Counted from the stretch's first letter, positions 48,904-59,506 are shown. The stretch: 64,000 nt of DNA from an uncultured Candidatus Rokubacteria bacterium (GCA_963789955.1 CAWBMV010000022.1:288001-352000); one strand, 5' to 3'. The notes: generated from the letters alone by a model not told the origin. Numbers and translations are program-made.

Positions 48904-51900
48904 TCAGCCGAGCCAGACCCGTACCTGATGCGTGGCGCCGTCGTCGACCAGGGGCAGGGCGGCTTGCCCCGCGGCGGCCGGGACGCCGTCGATCTCCACG
49001 CGTGACACCCCACGGGTGACGCCGTGCGGGTTCTCGACCTGAACCTGGTAGCGCGAGGCGTGGTAGCGGAACGTGATCGAAAAGCCGCTCCACGTCCGCG
49101 GGATGCACGGGTCGATGAAGAGCGACGCGCCGCGGATCCGAAAGCCCAGGAGCCACTCGATTCCCGCGCGATACATCCAGCCGGCCGAGCCGGTGTACCA
49201 GGTCCAGCCGCCGCGTCCCGAATGCGGCGCCTCGGCGTAGACGTCACCCGCGACGACGTACGGCTCGACGCGATAGCGGTAGAGCCCGGCGCGCGTGCTC
49301 GTGTGGTTGATCGGGTTCAACAGCGCGAAGAGCTCGCCGGCGCGATCGCCGTCGCCGAGCGCGGCGAAGGCCATGATCGCCCAGATCGCCCCGTGCGTGT
49401 ACTGACCGCCGTTCTCCCTGATGCCCGGCGGATAGCCCTTGATGTAGCCGGGATCCCGGGAGCCGCGCACGAACGGTGGCGTGAAGAGCAGGACGATCGC
49501 CTGCTCGCGGTGGACCAGGTACTCCTCGACCGCGTTCATCGCGCGGGCGGCGCGGTGAGGGTCGGCGGCCTTCGAGAGCACGGCCCATGATTGGGCGATC
49601 GAGTCGATGCGGCACTCCGCGTTCTCGGCCGAGCCCAGCGGCGCGCCGTCGTCGAAGTATGCGCGGCGGTACCAGTCGCCGTCCCAGCCGGCGGCCTCGA
49701 GCGCGCGGCCGAGCGCCTGCAGGTGCTCGCGCCACACGCGTGCCCGTTGCGCCTCGCCCCGCGCTTCGGCGATCGGCGCCCACTCGGCGAGCGTGGCGTG
49801 AAGGAACCAGCCGAGCCAGACGCTCTCGCCGCGGCCCTTCGCGCCCACTCGATTCATGCCGTCGTTCCAGTCGCCCGTGCCCATGAGCGGCAGGCCGTGG
49901 CTCCCGACCGCCAGGCTCCGGTCGATCGCGCGCGCGCAGTGCTCGAAGAGCGACGCGTGCTGCGTCGACACGGTGGGCTCGAAGTAGGCCTCGAGGCTGT
50001 CGTCGGCCAGCACCGGACCTTCGATGAACGGGATCTGCTCGTCGAGGACCGTCGTGTCCCCGGTGACCGTCAGGTAGTGCGCCGTCGCAAAGGCGAGCCA
50101 GACCCGATCGTCGGAGATGCGTGTGCGCACGCCGCGCCCCGAGGGCGGATGCCACCAGTGCTGCACGTCGCCCTCGGGAAACTGGCGCGCCGCCGCGCGG
50201 CACAGGTGCGCGCGAGTGACGTCACGGGCCGCGGCGGTCAGGGCCATGACGTCCTGGAGCTGATCGCGAAAGCCGTACGCGCCGCTCGCCTGATAGAAGC
50301 CCGCGCGCGCCCACACCCGGCAGGCGAGGGCCTGATAGAGCAGCCAGCGATTGAGCATCAGATCGAACGATCGGTCGGGGGTCTTCACCAGGACCGCCGC
50401 CAGCAGGTCGTCCCATCGGGTCATGACGGTCCGGAGCACCGCATCGAGGTCGGCGGATCGATATCGCTGGACCATCGCGCGCGCCTCGTCGGCCGACGCC
50501 GTCTGCCCGAGGAAGACATCGACCTCCGCGCTGGCGCCCGCGGTGAGCATGACCGTGACCTGCATGGTGCCGCACGGATCCAGGCCCCCGCCGAGCCGGC
50601 CCGAGAGCCGCTCGCCGCGCTCGAGCGCATCCGGATGGTCGAGCGAGCCATTGCGGCCGAGGACCTCGGCGCGATCGCCGGTCCACGCGGTCTGGCTCCC
50701 CGAAAGATCGAGGAACGCGATGCGACCGGCGAAGTCGACGGTCCACGCGTTTCGCGCGAAGAGCGCGCCGGTCGCCTCGTCCAGCTCGGTCACGATATGG
50801 GGCGCGGTGGTCGCGCGCGCGGCGCCCAGCACCCATTCGACGTACGCGGTGACGGTGAGCCGCCGCGAGCGTCGCGAATGGTTGGTGATCTTCAGGCGCG
50901 AGATCTTCACCGGATCGTCGAGCGGCACGTACTGGGTGAGCTCCAGGGCGATGCCGTGTGAATCGTGGGCGAAGCGGCTGTAGCCGTGCCCGTGATGACA
51001 CTGGTACGACCACGCATCCTCGCGGATCGGCAGCAGGGTGGGCGTCCAGAGGCGGCCGCTTTCCTCGTCGCGCACGTACAGCACTTCGCCCGGCGGGTCG
51101 CTGACCGGGTCGTTCGACCACGGCGTGAGCTGATTCTCGCGGCTGTTGAGCGCCCACGTGTACCCGGCGCCCGACTCCGACACCTGGAAGCCGAGCTGCT
51201 CGTTCGCGATCACGTTGATCCACGGCGACGGCGTCCAGTGCCCTTCGTCGAGCACGATCGAGTACTCGCGGCCGTCCTCGACGAAGCCGCCGAGCTCGTT
51301 GTCGAACTCGCGGCGCGGCCGCGGCATCGGCGGCTCGGAGGCCGCCTCCCGGTCGGGGGACGGGCGCCGCTCGCGGCGCCTCGGCGCCGCCGCCGCGCGC
51401 TCGGCCCGGCCGACCTGCTCGGCCAGGGTGCCCAGGCGACTCAACAAGATTACGCGGGCCGCCGCCGCCAGACAGTCGCGCTCGCCGGCCGACAGGAGAT
51501 CGCCGCGCAGAACCACGATCGAGCCCTCCGGCGTCGCGCCGAGGGTCGGTCGCCCGGCGCGCACGAGCCCCTCGAGTGCGGCCTGCAGGTCTTGCAGATA
51601 GGACGGCGGCTTCTCGTTCAGGATCACGAGATCGACCGCGAGCCCCTTCATGCGCCAGTACTCGTGCGCGCGCAGGAGCTGCCGGACGATCTCGCGGTCC
51701 TCGATCTCGTCGATCCGGACCAGCACGATCGGCAGATCTCCCGAGATTCGATGCGCCCACAGGGCCGCGGGCCCGAGGGTGTTGCGCGCGAGGACCGCCG
51801 CCGGTGCGCGCAGCCGCGAATCGGTGTAGAGGATCCGGTTGGCGATCTGCTGGAAGAGGTGGGCTTCTTCCGGCGTGATGCTCAGGTGATGGAGCTGGAC

Positions 51901-54900
51901 CTGTGCCTGGGTCCACGACAGGGTCGTGATGCGCTCGAACCTCGCCGGATCGCGATACTTGTCGGCCATGCCGAGCACGGCGGCTCGTGTGTCGGCGAGC
52001 ATCGTGGAGAATACGACGCGGCCGCTCTGCCCGGGCGCGAGCCGCAGCCGGCGCCTCAGGCTGAAGATCGGGTCGAGCACAAAGCCCGTCGTGTTGGAGA
52101 GTGGCCGGCCTTCGATCATCGACATCGGCGTGCGGATGCCGCGGCCGCGTCCCAGGAAGCGCCCGCGCTCCGTCTCGTACTGCGAGCCGCCGGTGCTGGT
52201 GCCCTCGACGGAGACGACGTGGGCGGCCCAGACGCGCGGCTCGTCCGGTGAGCGGGGCCGACGGGTGGCCAGGAGCGTATCGAGCTCGGCGACGGCCTCG
52301 GTCTGAACGAAGAGATTGGAGAACGCGGGATGGGCCGCGTCGTCGCGCGGCGGCGCCAGCACGATCTCGGCGTACGAAGTCACCTCGATCTCGCGCGCCT
52401 CGCTGCCGAGATTCGTCAGGGTCACGCGCCGGATCTCGGCGTCGTCCTCCGGCGAGACCAGCACCTCGAGCCGCGTCAGCAGATGGTCGTCGCGCCGCTG
52501 GATCTCGGCGCGGTCCTCCAGGAAGGTCACCTCGTAGCTGTCGGGCTCGACCCCCGAGGGCTGGAGGCCGGCCGACCAGACGGCGCCGCTTCGCGTGTCG
52601 CGCAGGAAGATGAACGTCCCCCAGGCGTCGCGCGTCGTGTCCTCGCGCCAGCGAGTCACCGCGAGGCCGCCGCAGTGACTGTAGCCGCCGCCCGCCGTGG
52701 TCATCATCACGAAGTAGCGGCCGTTGGAGAGCAAGTGCGTGTGCGGCACCGGATCGGACACGGACGTGAACCGCCGCGAGGTCGGCGCCTCGAGCGCGCG
52801 CGTGACCTCGTGCGCGGGCGCTTCCTTCGCGCGCGGGCGCATCACCGGCACGTCGCGCGGCGCGCGCTCCTGCAAGATCAGCTCGGTGGCCTGCACCATC
52901 GGCTGAGCGTGGAATCGCTCGCGCATGCGGCCGTCGAGCAGGACGTTGGCGAGGGCCACGACCGTCATGCCCTGGTGGTGAGCCATGTAGGTGTGGATCA
53001 CGGCGACGTCCGCGCCCTCGGGCAGGCGCTCGCGCGTGTAGTCGAGCGCCTCGTAGAAGCCGTACGGCCCGAGACCGCCGGCGCGCGCGATCTCGCCGAA
53101 GTTGCGGGCCGCCGCCGAGGGATAGACCATCGCGGCCAGCGCCGTCGCGTAGGGCGCGATGACCAGATCGTCCCCGAGCCCGCGCTCGAGCCCGAGCCCG
53201 GGCACGCCGAAGCTCGAGTACTGGTAGGTGAGGTCGAGGTCGCGCACGTTGTACGCGGATTCCGAGATGCCCCAGGGCACGCCGCGAGCCTTCGCGTAGG
53301 AGATCTGGCGCTGAACGGCCAGGCGGGACGTCTGCTCGAGCAGGCTGCCGTCGGGCTCCCGCATGACGAGCCCGGGCATCAAATACTCGAACATCGAGCC
53401 CGACCACGAGACCAGCGCGATGCCCGACTCGACCGGGGTCATCGGCCGCGCGAGCCGGAACCAGTGGACGGCCGACACGTCACCCCGGGCGATCGCGACG
53501 AAGCTCGTCAGCCGGGCCTCAGATGCCAGAAGATCGTAGCGACTCTCGTCGAGTGATCCGTCGGTGACGCGATAGCCGATCGCGAAGAGCTGGCGGGGTT
53601 CGTCGAACAGGAACGTGAAGTCCATCGCATCGAAGAGCTCGCCGGCCGTGTGCGCCGCGTTCTCCAGGCTCTTCATGAGCGCTTCGGCCGCACGCGCCGA
53701 GTCCTCGAGCGAGGCGATCACGGCCGTCGCGCGAGTCCGATCGAGCGAGCCGCCCGCCTTGTCGTCCGAGCTCTCCACCCATTCGGCGAGCTCGCGCGCC
53801 GCCGCTCGGGCCAGCTCCGGCAGATGGCCGAGCAGCGGCGGCCCGTCGAGCAGACGCGCGACGACGGTCCCGTTCTGGCGCTCGGGCGGGAGAGAGCGGC
53901 GGAGATCGTCGAGCCCTTCGATCCACGGCACGATCGCGTCGAGATCGCGCCGGTGGGAGGCGATCGTCGCCTGAGCGACGTCCGCCCACACGACGGCCTC
54001 GGCGCCCGTGTCCTCGGGAAGCGCCTTCGCGCGCTCGCCGAGCCCCCGGACGGCAGTCGCCATCTCGACGAGGCGGTTCGGCCACGCGTGCGAGCGTCGG
54101 AGGCTCCTGTCCCAGCGCGGCGCGGATCTCATCGACGGAGGTGCGAGCGTCGGCCGGAAGCGCGTCACGCAGCAGGACAAGCGCCGCGTCGATGCCACGC
54201 TGGACCTCGGCTCCGACGATCGGACGCTGGACGCGCTCGCGCGCGGCGACCGCGAGGACGCTGAGATGCCCGGCGAGATTGCCGCTGTCGACCGAGGACA
54301 CGTACCGCGGCTCGAGGGGCTTGAGGTTCTTCGTGTCGTACCAGTTGTACAGGTGGCCGCGATAGCGCTCGAGATCGCCGATCGTCGCCAGGGTGGCCCC
54401 GATCCGATCGATCGCGTCGAGCGTGCCGATGAAACCGAGGTCCCGCGCCGCCACCGCCGAGAGGAGATAGACGCCCATGTTGGTCGGCGAGGTGCGGTGG
54501 GCGACGACCGGCCGCGGATCGTCCTGAAAATTATCCGGCGGCAGCCAGTTGTCTTCGGCGGTCACGAACGTCTCGAAGAAGCGCCAGCTCCGTCGCGCCG
54601 CCGTCAGGATGATCTGCCGCTCGTCGGCGGTCAGCTGCTCGGGGGGCCGCGTGACCATCGGACGGCTGATCAAGCGGGCCACCGCGGGCGAGAGGGCCCA
54701 GAGGACGGCGAACGCCGCGGCGACCGCGCGCGCGTCTCCCGAGCTCGACGCGGCGATCACCACCGCGACGAGCGCCAGCACGAGGGCGCCCCACATCTTC
54801 GCGTACGTCCGGGCGAGATCGAGCCGGGCGCTCGACTTCACCTGCGCGGCGGTGACCCATTCGAGCATCCGCCGGCGCGTGACGACGAGCCGGAGCAAGG

Positions 54901-57557
54901 TGCGCCCGACCGCATCGGCCATGAGCCAGGCCTGGTGCGCGAGCAAGGTGAGCGCGAGCGCGATCTGCGCCGCGGCGAGCGCCACGGTCGTGCCGATGCC
55001 GCGCAGGTAGGCGCGCTTGGATCCGCCGGGCCGTCGCGGGATGAGATCGGTCGACACCGGGACCAGTGCCGGCACCGCGAGACAGAGCAGCACCAGCTTG
55101 GTCCACACCATCGGCGCGCCGGCCGGCAGGGTCCAGCCGAGCACGAGCGTGAGATAGGCGCCGGGAGCCGACAGCGTGCGCCTCAGATTGTCGAGCATCT
55201 TCCAGCGGCCGATCGTGGGAATCCGCGCCCGCGAGGCGCCGATCCCGGCCGCGCCGCGAATCAGCCACGGCAGCAGCTGCCAGTCGCCGCGGGCCCACCG
55301 ATGCTGGCGCGCCGCCGCGACCTCGTAGCGCGCCGGGAAATCCTCGAAGAGCTCGATGTCGGTGACCAGCGCCGCCCGCGCGAAGAGGCTCTCGAAGAGA
55401 TCGTGGCTGAGGAGCGTGTTCTCCGGCACCCGCCCCTCGAGCGCGCGCTCGAACGCGTCGACGTCGTAGATGCCTTTGCCGGTGTACGAGCCCTCGGCGA
55501 AGAGATCCTGGTACACGTCCGACACCGCGGCGGCGTACGGATCGACGCCGGCCGGACCCGAGAACACTTGCCGAAAGAACGAGGCTTCTCGCTCGGTGGG
55601 CAAGGTGGGCGCGATGCGCGGCTGCAGGATCCCGTACCCCTCGACGACACGCCCTTCGCGCGGCTCGAGCCGAGGCCGGTTCAGCGGATGCGCGAGCGTG
55701 CCGATCAGGCGCGAGGCCGCGCCGCGGGGCAGCTGCGTGTCGGCGTCGAGCGTGATCACGAAGCGAATCGCCGCCGGCACCTCGAGCGCGTCGCCGACGA
55801 ACGAGGTGTCGGTCGCGCCGCGCAGCAGGCGGTTGAGCTCGTGGAGCTTGCCGCGCTTGCGCTCCCAGCCCATCCAGCGGCCCTCGCTCTCGCTCCAGAG
55901 GCGCCGGCGGTGGAACAGATAGAAGCGTGCTTCACCGCCGGTGGCAGGACCGTGACGCCGGTTGAGCTCGGCGATGCCGGCCCGTGCGGCGGCCAGCAGC
56001 GGCGCGTCGTCGGGCGCGTGCTCCTGGGCCGAATCCGTCCAGTCCGACAGGAGCGCAAAGCGCAGCTCGCCGTCGTCGTTGGCGAGATAGTGGACGCCCA
56101 GCCGCGCGATCTGCTCGGCGATCTGCGCCGGCCCGGTGAGGAGCGTCGGCACGACCACGAGCGTCTTCAGCTCGAGCGGCACGCCGTCGGCCAGCTCGAG
56201 CCGCGGCAGGGCGCGGGGCGGCAGCAGCTCGACGATCGCGCGATTGACGAGCGCCGTCGCCGCGTCCGAGGCGGGCAGCGCCGCGAGCGCGGCGAGGACG
56301 ATCAGGAAGAGCAGGCTCACGCCGAGGGCATGGGTGAACAAGACCGGCAAACAGAGCAGAAAGCCGGTGACGATCGCGATCGAGCCGAGATAGCTCCACG
56401 TCGCCGAGGCCATGTAGGCGCGCGTGAGCCGCTGACGCAGCGACACCCGGTAGCCGAGCGCGTGCTCGAGGTTGGGACGCCCCTTCGAGATCAAGAAGTA
56501 GCCGAGATCCTCGGTGCGCCGCTCGCGGCTGCCCGCCAGATTCAAGGTCTGACGGGCCACGTCGAGCTCCGCGCGGTCCGACCCGCGGGCCAGATCCTCG
56601 ACGGCGTGGCGATAGCGGTCGCGGGTGGCGAAGTCCATCGCGCCGAACTCGCTCTCGGCGCGGAAGAGCCGATCGACCAGGCTGACCTTCTCGACGAAGT
56701 CGCGCCAGTCGAAGGTGGTCATGATGCGGAGGCTCGTGATCACGTTGCGCACGGTCACGTTCGCGGCCGCCTGCCGCTGGTGCTCCGCGCGGACGAGGTC
56801 GTGCGCGGACGTGCCGCGGGCGGCGAGGCGCTCGTCGAGCCAGCGCGTCGCCGGCGTGGTGACCGGGTCCTGATCGCGCAGGCGCTGGGAGAGCCGCACG
56901 GCGAACGTCGTGTTCAACGCCGCGTCGTCGATCGCGCGAAACGCCTGCGGATCGGCCGGGACATCCGTCTGACCCAGCAGGAGATTCGCGAGCTGGTCGG
57001 CCTCGAGCCGCGCCTCGCGGCGTTCCACGATCTCCACGGCCAGCCGTCGCAGGTTCTCGATCAGCGCGAGCCGGAGCGCGATCGGCACCGCCCAGAGCTC
57101 GCTGATGCGCAGCGCGTCCGTGCGCTGGAAGGCGAGCACGAAGCGCTGGAGCGTGACAGCGTCGAAGCGACTGTCCGTGTGGGCGACGTACGTCCACGCG
57201 AGCTCGAGCACGCGCGGCGCGCCCGGCGAGCGGCCCTTCGTCGAGGGTCGGCAGCTGGCGATAGAAGCCCCGCGGCAAGTCGGTGCGGATCTCGTTGAGC
57301 ACTTCCTCGACGATGTGGAAGTTGTCGACCAGCCACTCGGCGGCCGGGGTCGTCGCTCGCTCGTCGTCGATGACGGCGGCCAGGGTTTGGTAGCAGCGGA
57401 GCAGGACGCGTCCGCTTTCTCGCGTGCGCGACAGCAAGCCCAGCTCCGGGCGGCGGCCGGGTGAGACCCGGTGCCGTGCGATCGTCTCGGCTAGCTCCTC
57501 GAGCCGCTCGACGCTGAGGATCTCATCGCGAATAGGCTCTGCCCCCGAGAGCGTCAT
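48904..57557 (-). CDS. ndvB: Cyclic beta-1,2-glucan synthase (Cgs/NdvB/ChvB; GT84 + cyclisation domain + GH94 phosphorylase), frameshifts near 57225 and 54090
   Basis: AAEWLVDNF, WMGWERKRGKL, ITLDADT, YTGKGIYD, LLSHDLFE, RQHRWARGDWQ, RTSPTNMG, YDLLASEARL, SWSGSMFEYLMP, YQASGAYGFRDQLQD, GDWNDGMN, RENGGQYTH, GGWTWYTGSA. Confidence 0.93.
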
Positions 57558-57558
57558 A

Positions 57559-57582
57559 TAGATGTGCGCCTATATGTGCGCC
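57559..57582. repeat. Imperfect 12-bp tandem repeat next to the cgs start codon
   Basis: TAGATGTGCGCC TATATGTGCGCC. Confidence 0.6.
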
Positions 57583-57614
57583 GGGGTCCGCCTGTTGCGA
57601 GCTCGACACATGCT

Positions 57615-57639
57615 GTAAGATTTGCTTGGTAGAGATTGC
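57615..57639. promoter_or_regulatory. Tandem GTAA-N3-TTAC enhancer-like site
   Basis: GTAAGATTTGC-TTG-GTAGAGATTGC. Confidence 0.6.
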
Positions 57640-57727
57640 TCGATCGTCCCGGCCGGCTACCCGCGCGAAGGGTCACGGACGTCGACATTTCGCGTACATC
57701 GACATGAACAGCTTGCGCACGACACCT

Positions 57728-57742
57728 TGGCATTTCAATTGC
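57728..57742 (+). promoter_or_regulatory. sigma54 promoter of small membrane protein gene
   Basis: TGGCAT-TTCAA-TTGC, 27 bp upstream of ATG 57770 (GGAGG RBS). Confidence 0.75.
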
Positions 57743-57769
57743 GATGTCGTGGTCGTGGAGGATTGGCGG

Positions 57770-58016
57770 ATGAGAGTCGCAATCGGTCTGATCGGGCTCA
57801 GCCTCATCGGCGGGGTGGTACCGACCGGGTTTGCTGGGTATCACGCACGCAGCGCAGGTCCTGGCGGGTACCGCCGGGGCGCTGCTCGCGCTGTTGCTCT
57901 TCTGCCTGGGCGGTGCCGCCGCCGCTCGGCGAGCCGCTCCCACCGTCGTGCGGGTCACGCCGCGACGGCCGCACGGCTCCATCGCGTCGTCCCAATCCGT
58001 TCCTCGCAGTATTTGA
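57770..58016 (+). CDS. Small two-TM membrane protein, frameshift near 57825
   Basis: MRVAIGLIGLSLIGGVVP... continues in another frame as LLGITHAAQVLAGTAGALLALLLFCLGG...VPRSI*. Confidence 0.5.
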
Positions 58017-58052
58017 AGGTCCACGTCTCGACCCGCGCCGCGGCCAAAAATT

Positions 58053-58067
58053 GCAACGCCCATGCCG
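58053..58067 (-). promoter_or_regulatory. sigma54 promoter pointing toward cgs
   Basis: CGGCAT-GGGCG-TTGCA. Confidence 0.65.
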
Positions 58068-58149
58068 TGCCCGCGCGGGAAGCTCCCCGCTGAATTCGGA
58101 ACTTTGACGCCCCGCCTGCATCAAGAACTGTCATCCGACGAGCGACTCT

Positions 58150-58174
58150 GTAACAACTACCGTGTAAGACCGTC
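58150..58174. promoter_or_regulatory. Tandem GTAA-N3-TTAC enhancer-like site
   Basis: GTAACAACTAC-CGT-GTAAGACCGTC. Confidence 0.55.
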
Positions 58175-58203
58175 TTGACACCTTGCAAGCCGGCTGCTAG
58201 ACG
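58175..58203 (+). promoter_or_regulatory. sigma70-type promoter (likely leaderless) for 58211 onward
   Basis: TTGACA, 17 nt, TAGACG with upstream TG, 7 nt before ATG 58211. Confidence 0.5.
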
Positions 58204-58210
58204 TGGCGTC

Positions 58211-58523
58211 ATGACGACCACGGCGAGACCGCTCGACGGCGTGCGAGTGCTCGAGCTGGCCCGGTTCCAGGCCGGACCACGCGGCGGGATGATCCTATCC
58301 GACCTCGGCGCCGAGGTCATCAAGATCGAGCCGCCGGGCGGTGAGGAGACCCGCACGCATCCACCGACGGCACACGGCGAGATCATCGCCGTCCTCGGTG
58401 TACGACCGCGGCACGACGATCGTGTGCCTCAACCTTCGCGACGGGCGCGGCCAGGAGGTATTCGCCGCGCGGTCAAGAAGTCGGACATCGTCTCGAGAAC
58501 TTCCGCCGGGGGTGATCGCGACG
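58211..58523 (+). pseudogene. N-terminal remnant of a CoA-transferase family III gene
   Basis: PLDGVRVLELARFQAGPRGGMILSDLGAEVIKIEPPGG, then degenerate VYDRG..VCLNLRD..G.EVF / VKKSDIV.ENFRRG; remainder absent. Confidence 0.75.
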
Positions 58524-58838
58524 ATGCTGTCCCGACCCTTGCGCCTCATCGCACTGCTCGCCAGATCTGATCGACGTCGTCTCGGGGCCGGCTTTCTCGT
58601 GTCGCTCCTCGTCGGGCTCTCGTTCGGCTGCGGCTACGTCGAGGCGCTCACCGTCGGCGTCACGGACGTGCTCACACCGCTCGAGCAGCCGCCGGTCGCC
58701 ACGATCGATCACGGCGCGGTCTCCCTGACGGCGCCGCAACCGACGGGCACCGGGATCGTCGTCACGCGAATCTTCGATGTCGAAGTCGAGCCGCTCCGTC
58801 CTGTTCAAGACCGCGCTCCTCCCTCTCTCGCCTCCTAG
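58524..58838 (+). CDS. Putative leader/arrest peptide: N-terminal hydrophobic segment, C-terminal RAPP motif
   Basis: MLSRPL...GAGFLVSLLVGLSFGCG...EPLRPVQDRAPPSLAS*; RAPP codons at 58812-58823. Confidence 0.6.
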   Translation: MLSRPLRLIALLARSDRRRLGAGFLVSLLVGLSFGCGYVEALTVGVTDVLTPLEQPPVATIDHGAVSLTAPQPTGTGIVVTRIFDVEVEPLRPVQDRAPPSLAS

Positions 58839-58980
58839 CTAGCTCGGCGCGCCCCCGGCTCCTCCCACCGCGAGTGGACTCGTGCGTGGCTGCCCAGGGG
58901 TGCGTCTGCGTTGTTCACGGTCGGCCGAGGAGTGGTCTACGTCTCCGCCGATCGATCTCACACAGAGGGGAGGTGAAGAC

Positions 58981-59247
58981 ATGCTCCGGATCATGTTCGT
59001 GCTGTTCACGCTCGTTTCGCTGCTGTGGATGTCGGCCGCGGCGATGGCACAGCAGGCGTCGATGATGAGCGATTGCGACAAGTGGATCGCCACGATCAAC
59101 GCCGAGGCCGGCGCTCGAGTCGACGAGGCCAGCTACACGGCCAAGCAGAAGATCGACGACATCGCCAAGATGTGCAAGGAAGGGAAGATGGCCGAGGCGC
59201 AGAAGACGTCCATGGATGCGATGACCCTGCTCGGGATCAAGCAGTAA
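58981..59247 (+). CDS. Small secreted Met-rich helical protein with two Cys
   Basis: GGGAGG RBS; signal peptide ending AMA-Q; mature QQASMMSDCDKW...AKMCKEGKMAEAQKTSMDAMTLLGIKQ. Confidence 0.75.
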   Translation: MLRIMFVLFTLVSLLWMSAAAMAQQASMMSDCDKWIATINAEAGARVDEASYTAKQKIDDIAKMCKEGKMAEAQKTSMDAMTLLGIKQ

Positions 59248-59249
59248 CG

Positions 59250-59303
59250 GGTGCACGCACCGTGGTGGTGGCTCGGCGCGGCTGGGCCACCACCGCGCGC
59301 ACC
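59250..59303. terminator. Long hairpin directly after the Met-rich protein gene (terminator or RNA-stabilising stem)
   Basis: GGTGCACGC...GCGCGCACC outer stem and GGTGGTGGCTCGGC-GCG-GCTGGGCCACCACC inner stem; no clear U-tract. Confidence 0.45.
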
Positions 59304-59506
59304 GCCGCAATCTATCGGCACGCCTCGGCCAGCGTGGCCCGTTCGTATCGCTCGCCTCGGGTCTGGGGGCCCCAGCCCCCGGCCGGCCCTGCGGCTCGCA
59401 CAGCGGCCCCGCGACGGCCGGCGGCGCGCACTACCTCCTGATAGACTACGACCCGCCCGCGACGGGCCCGGTGCCGCCCGACGAGGCGTGATCGAAAGGA
59501 CAGGCG

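Noticed and set aside
54008..57298. Very long opposite-strand or alternate-frame ORFs (also 50222..53407, 8608..10542, 33914..35587)
   Set aside because: Shadow ORFs of real genes in high-GC DNA; skewed composition with no family motifs
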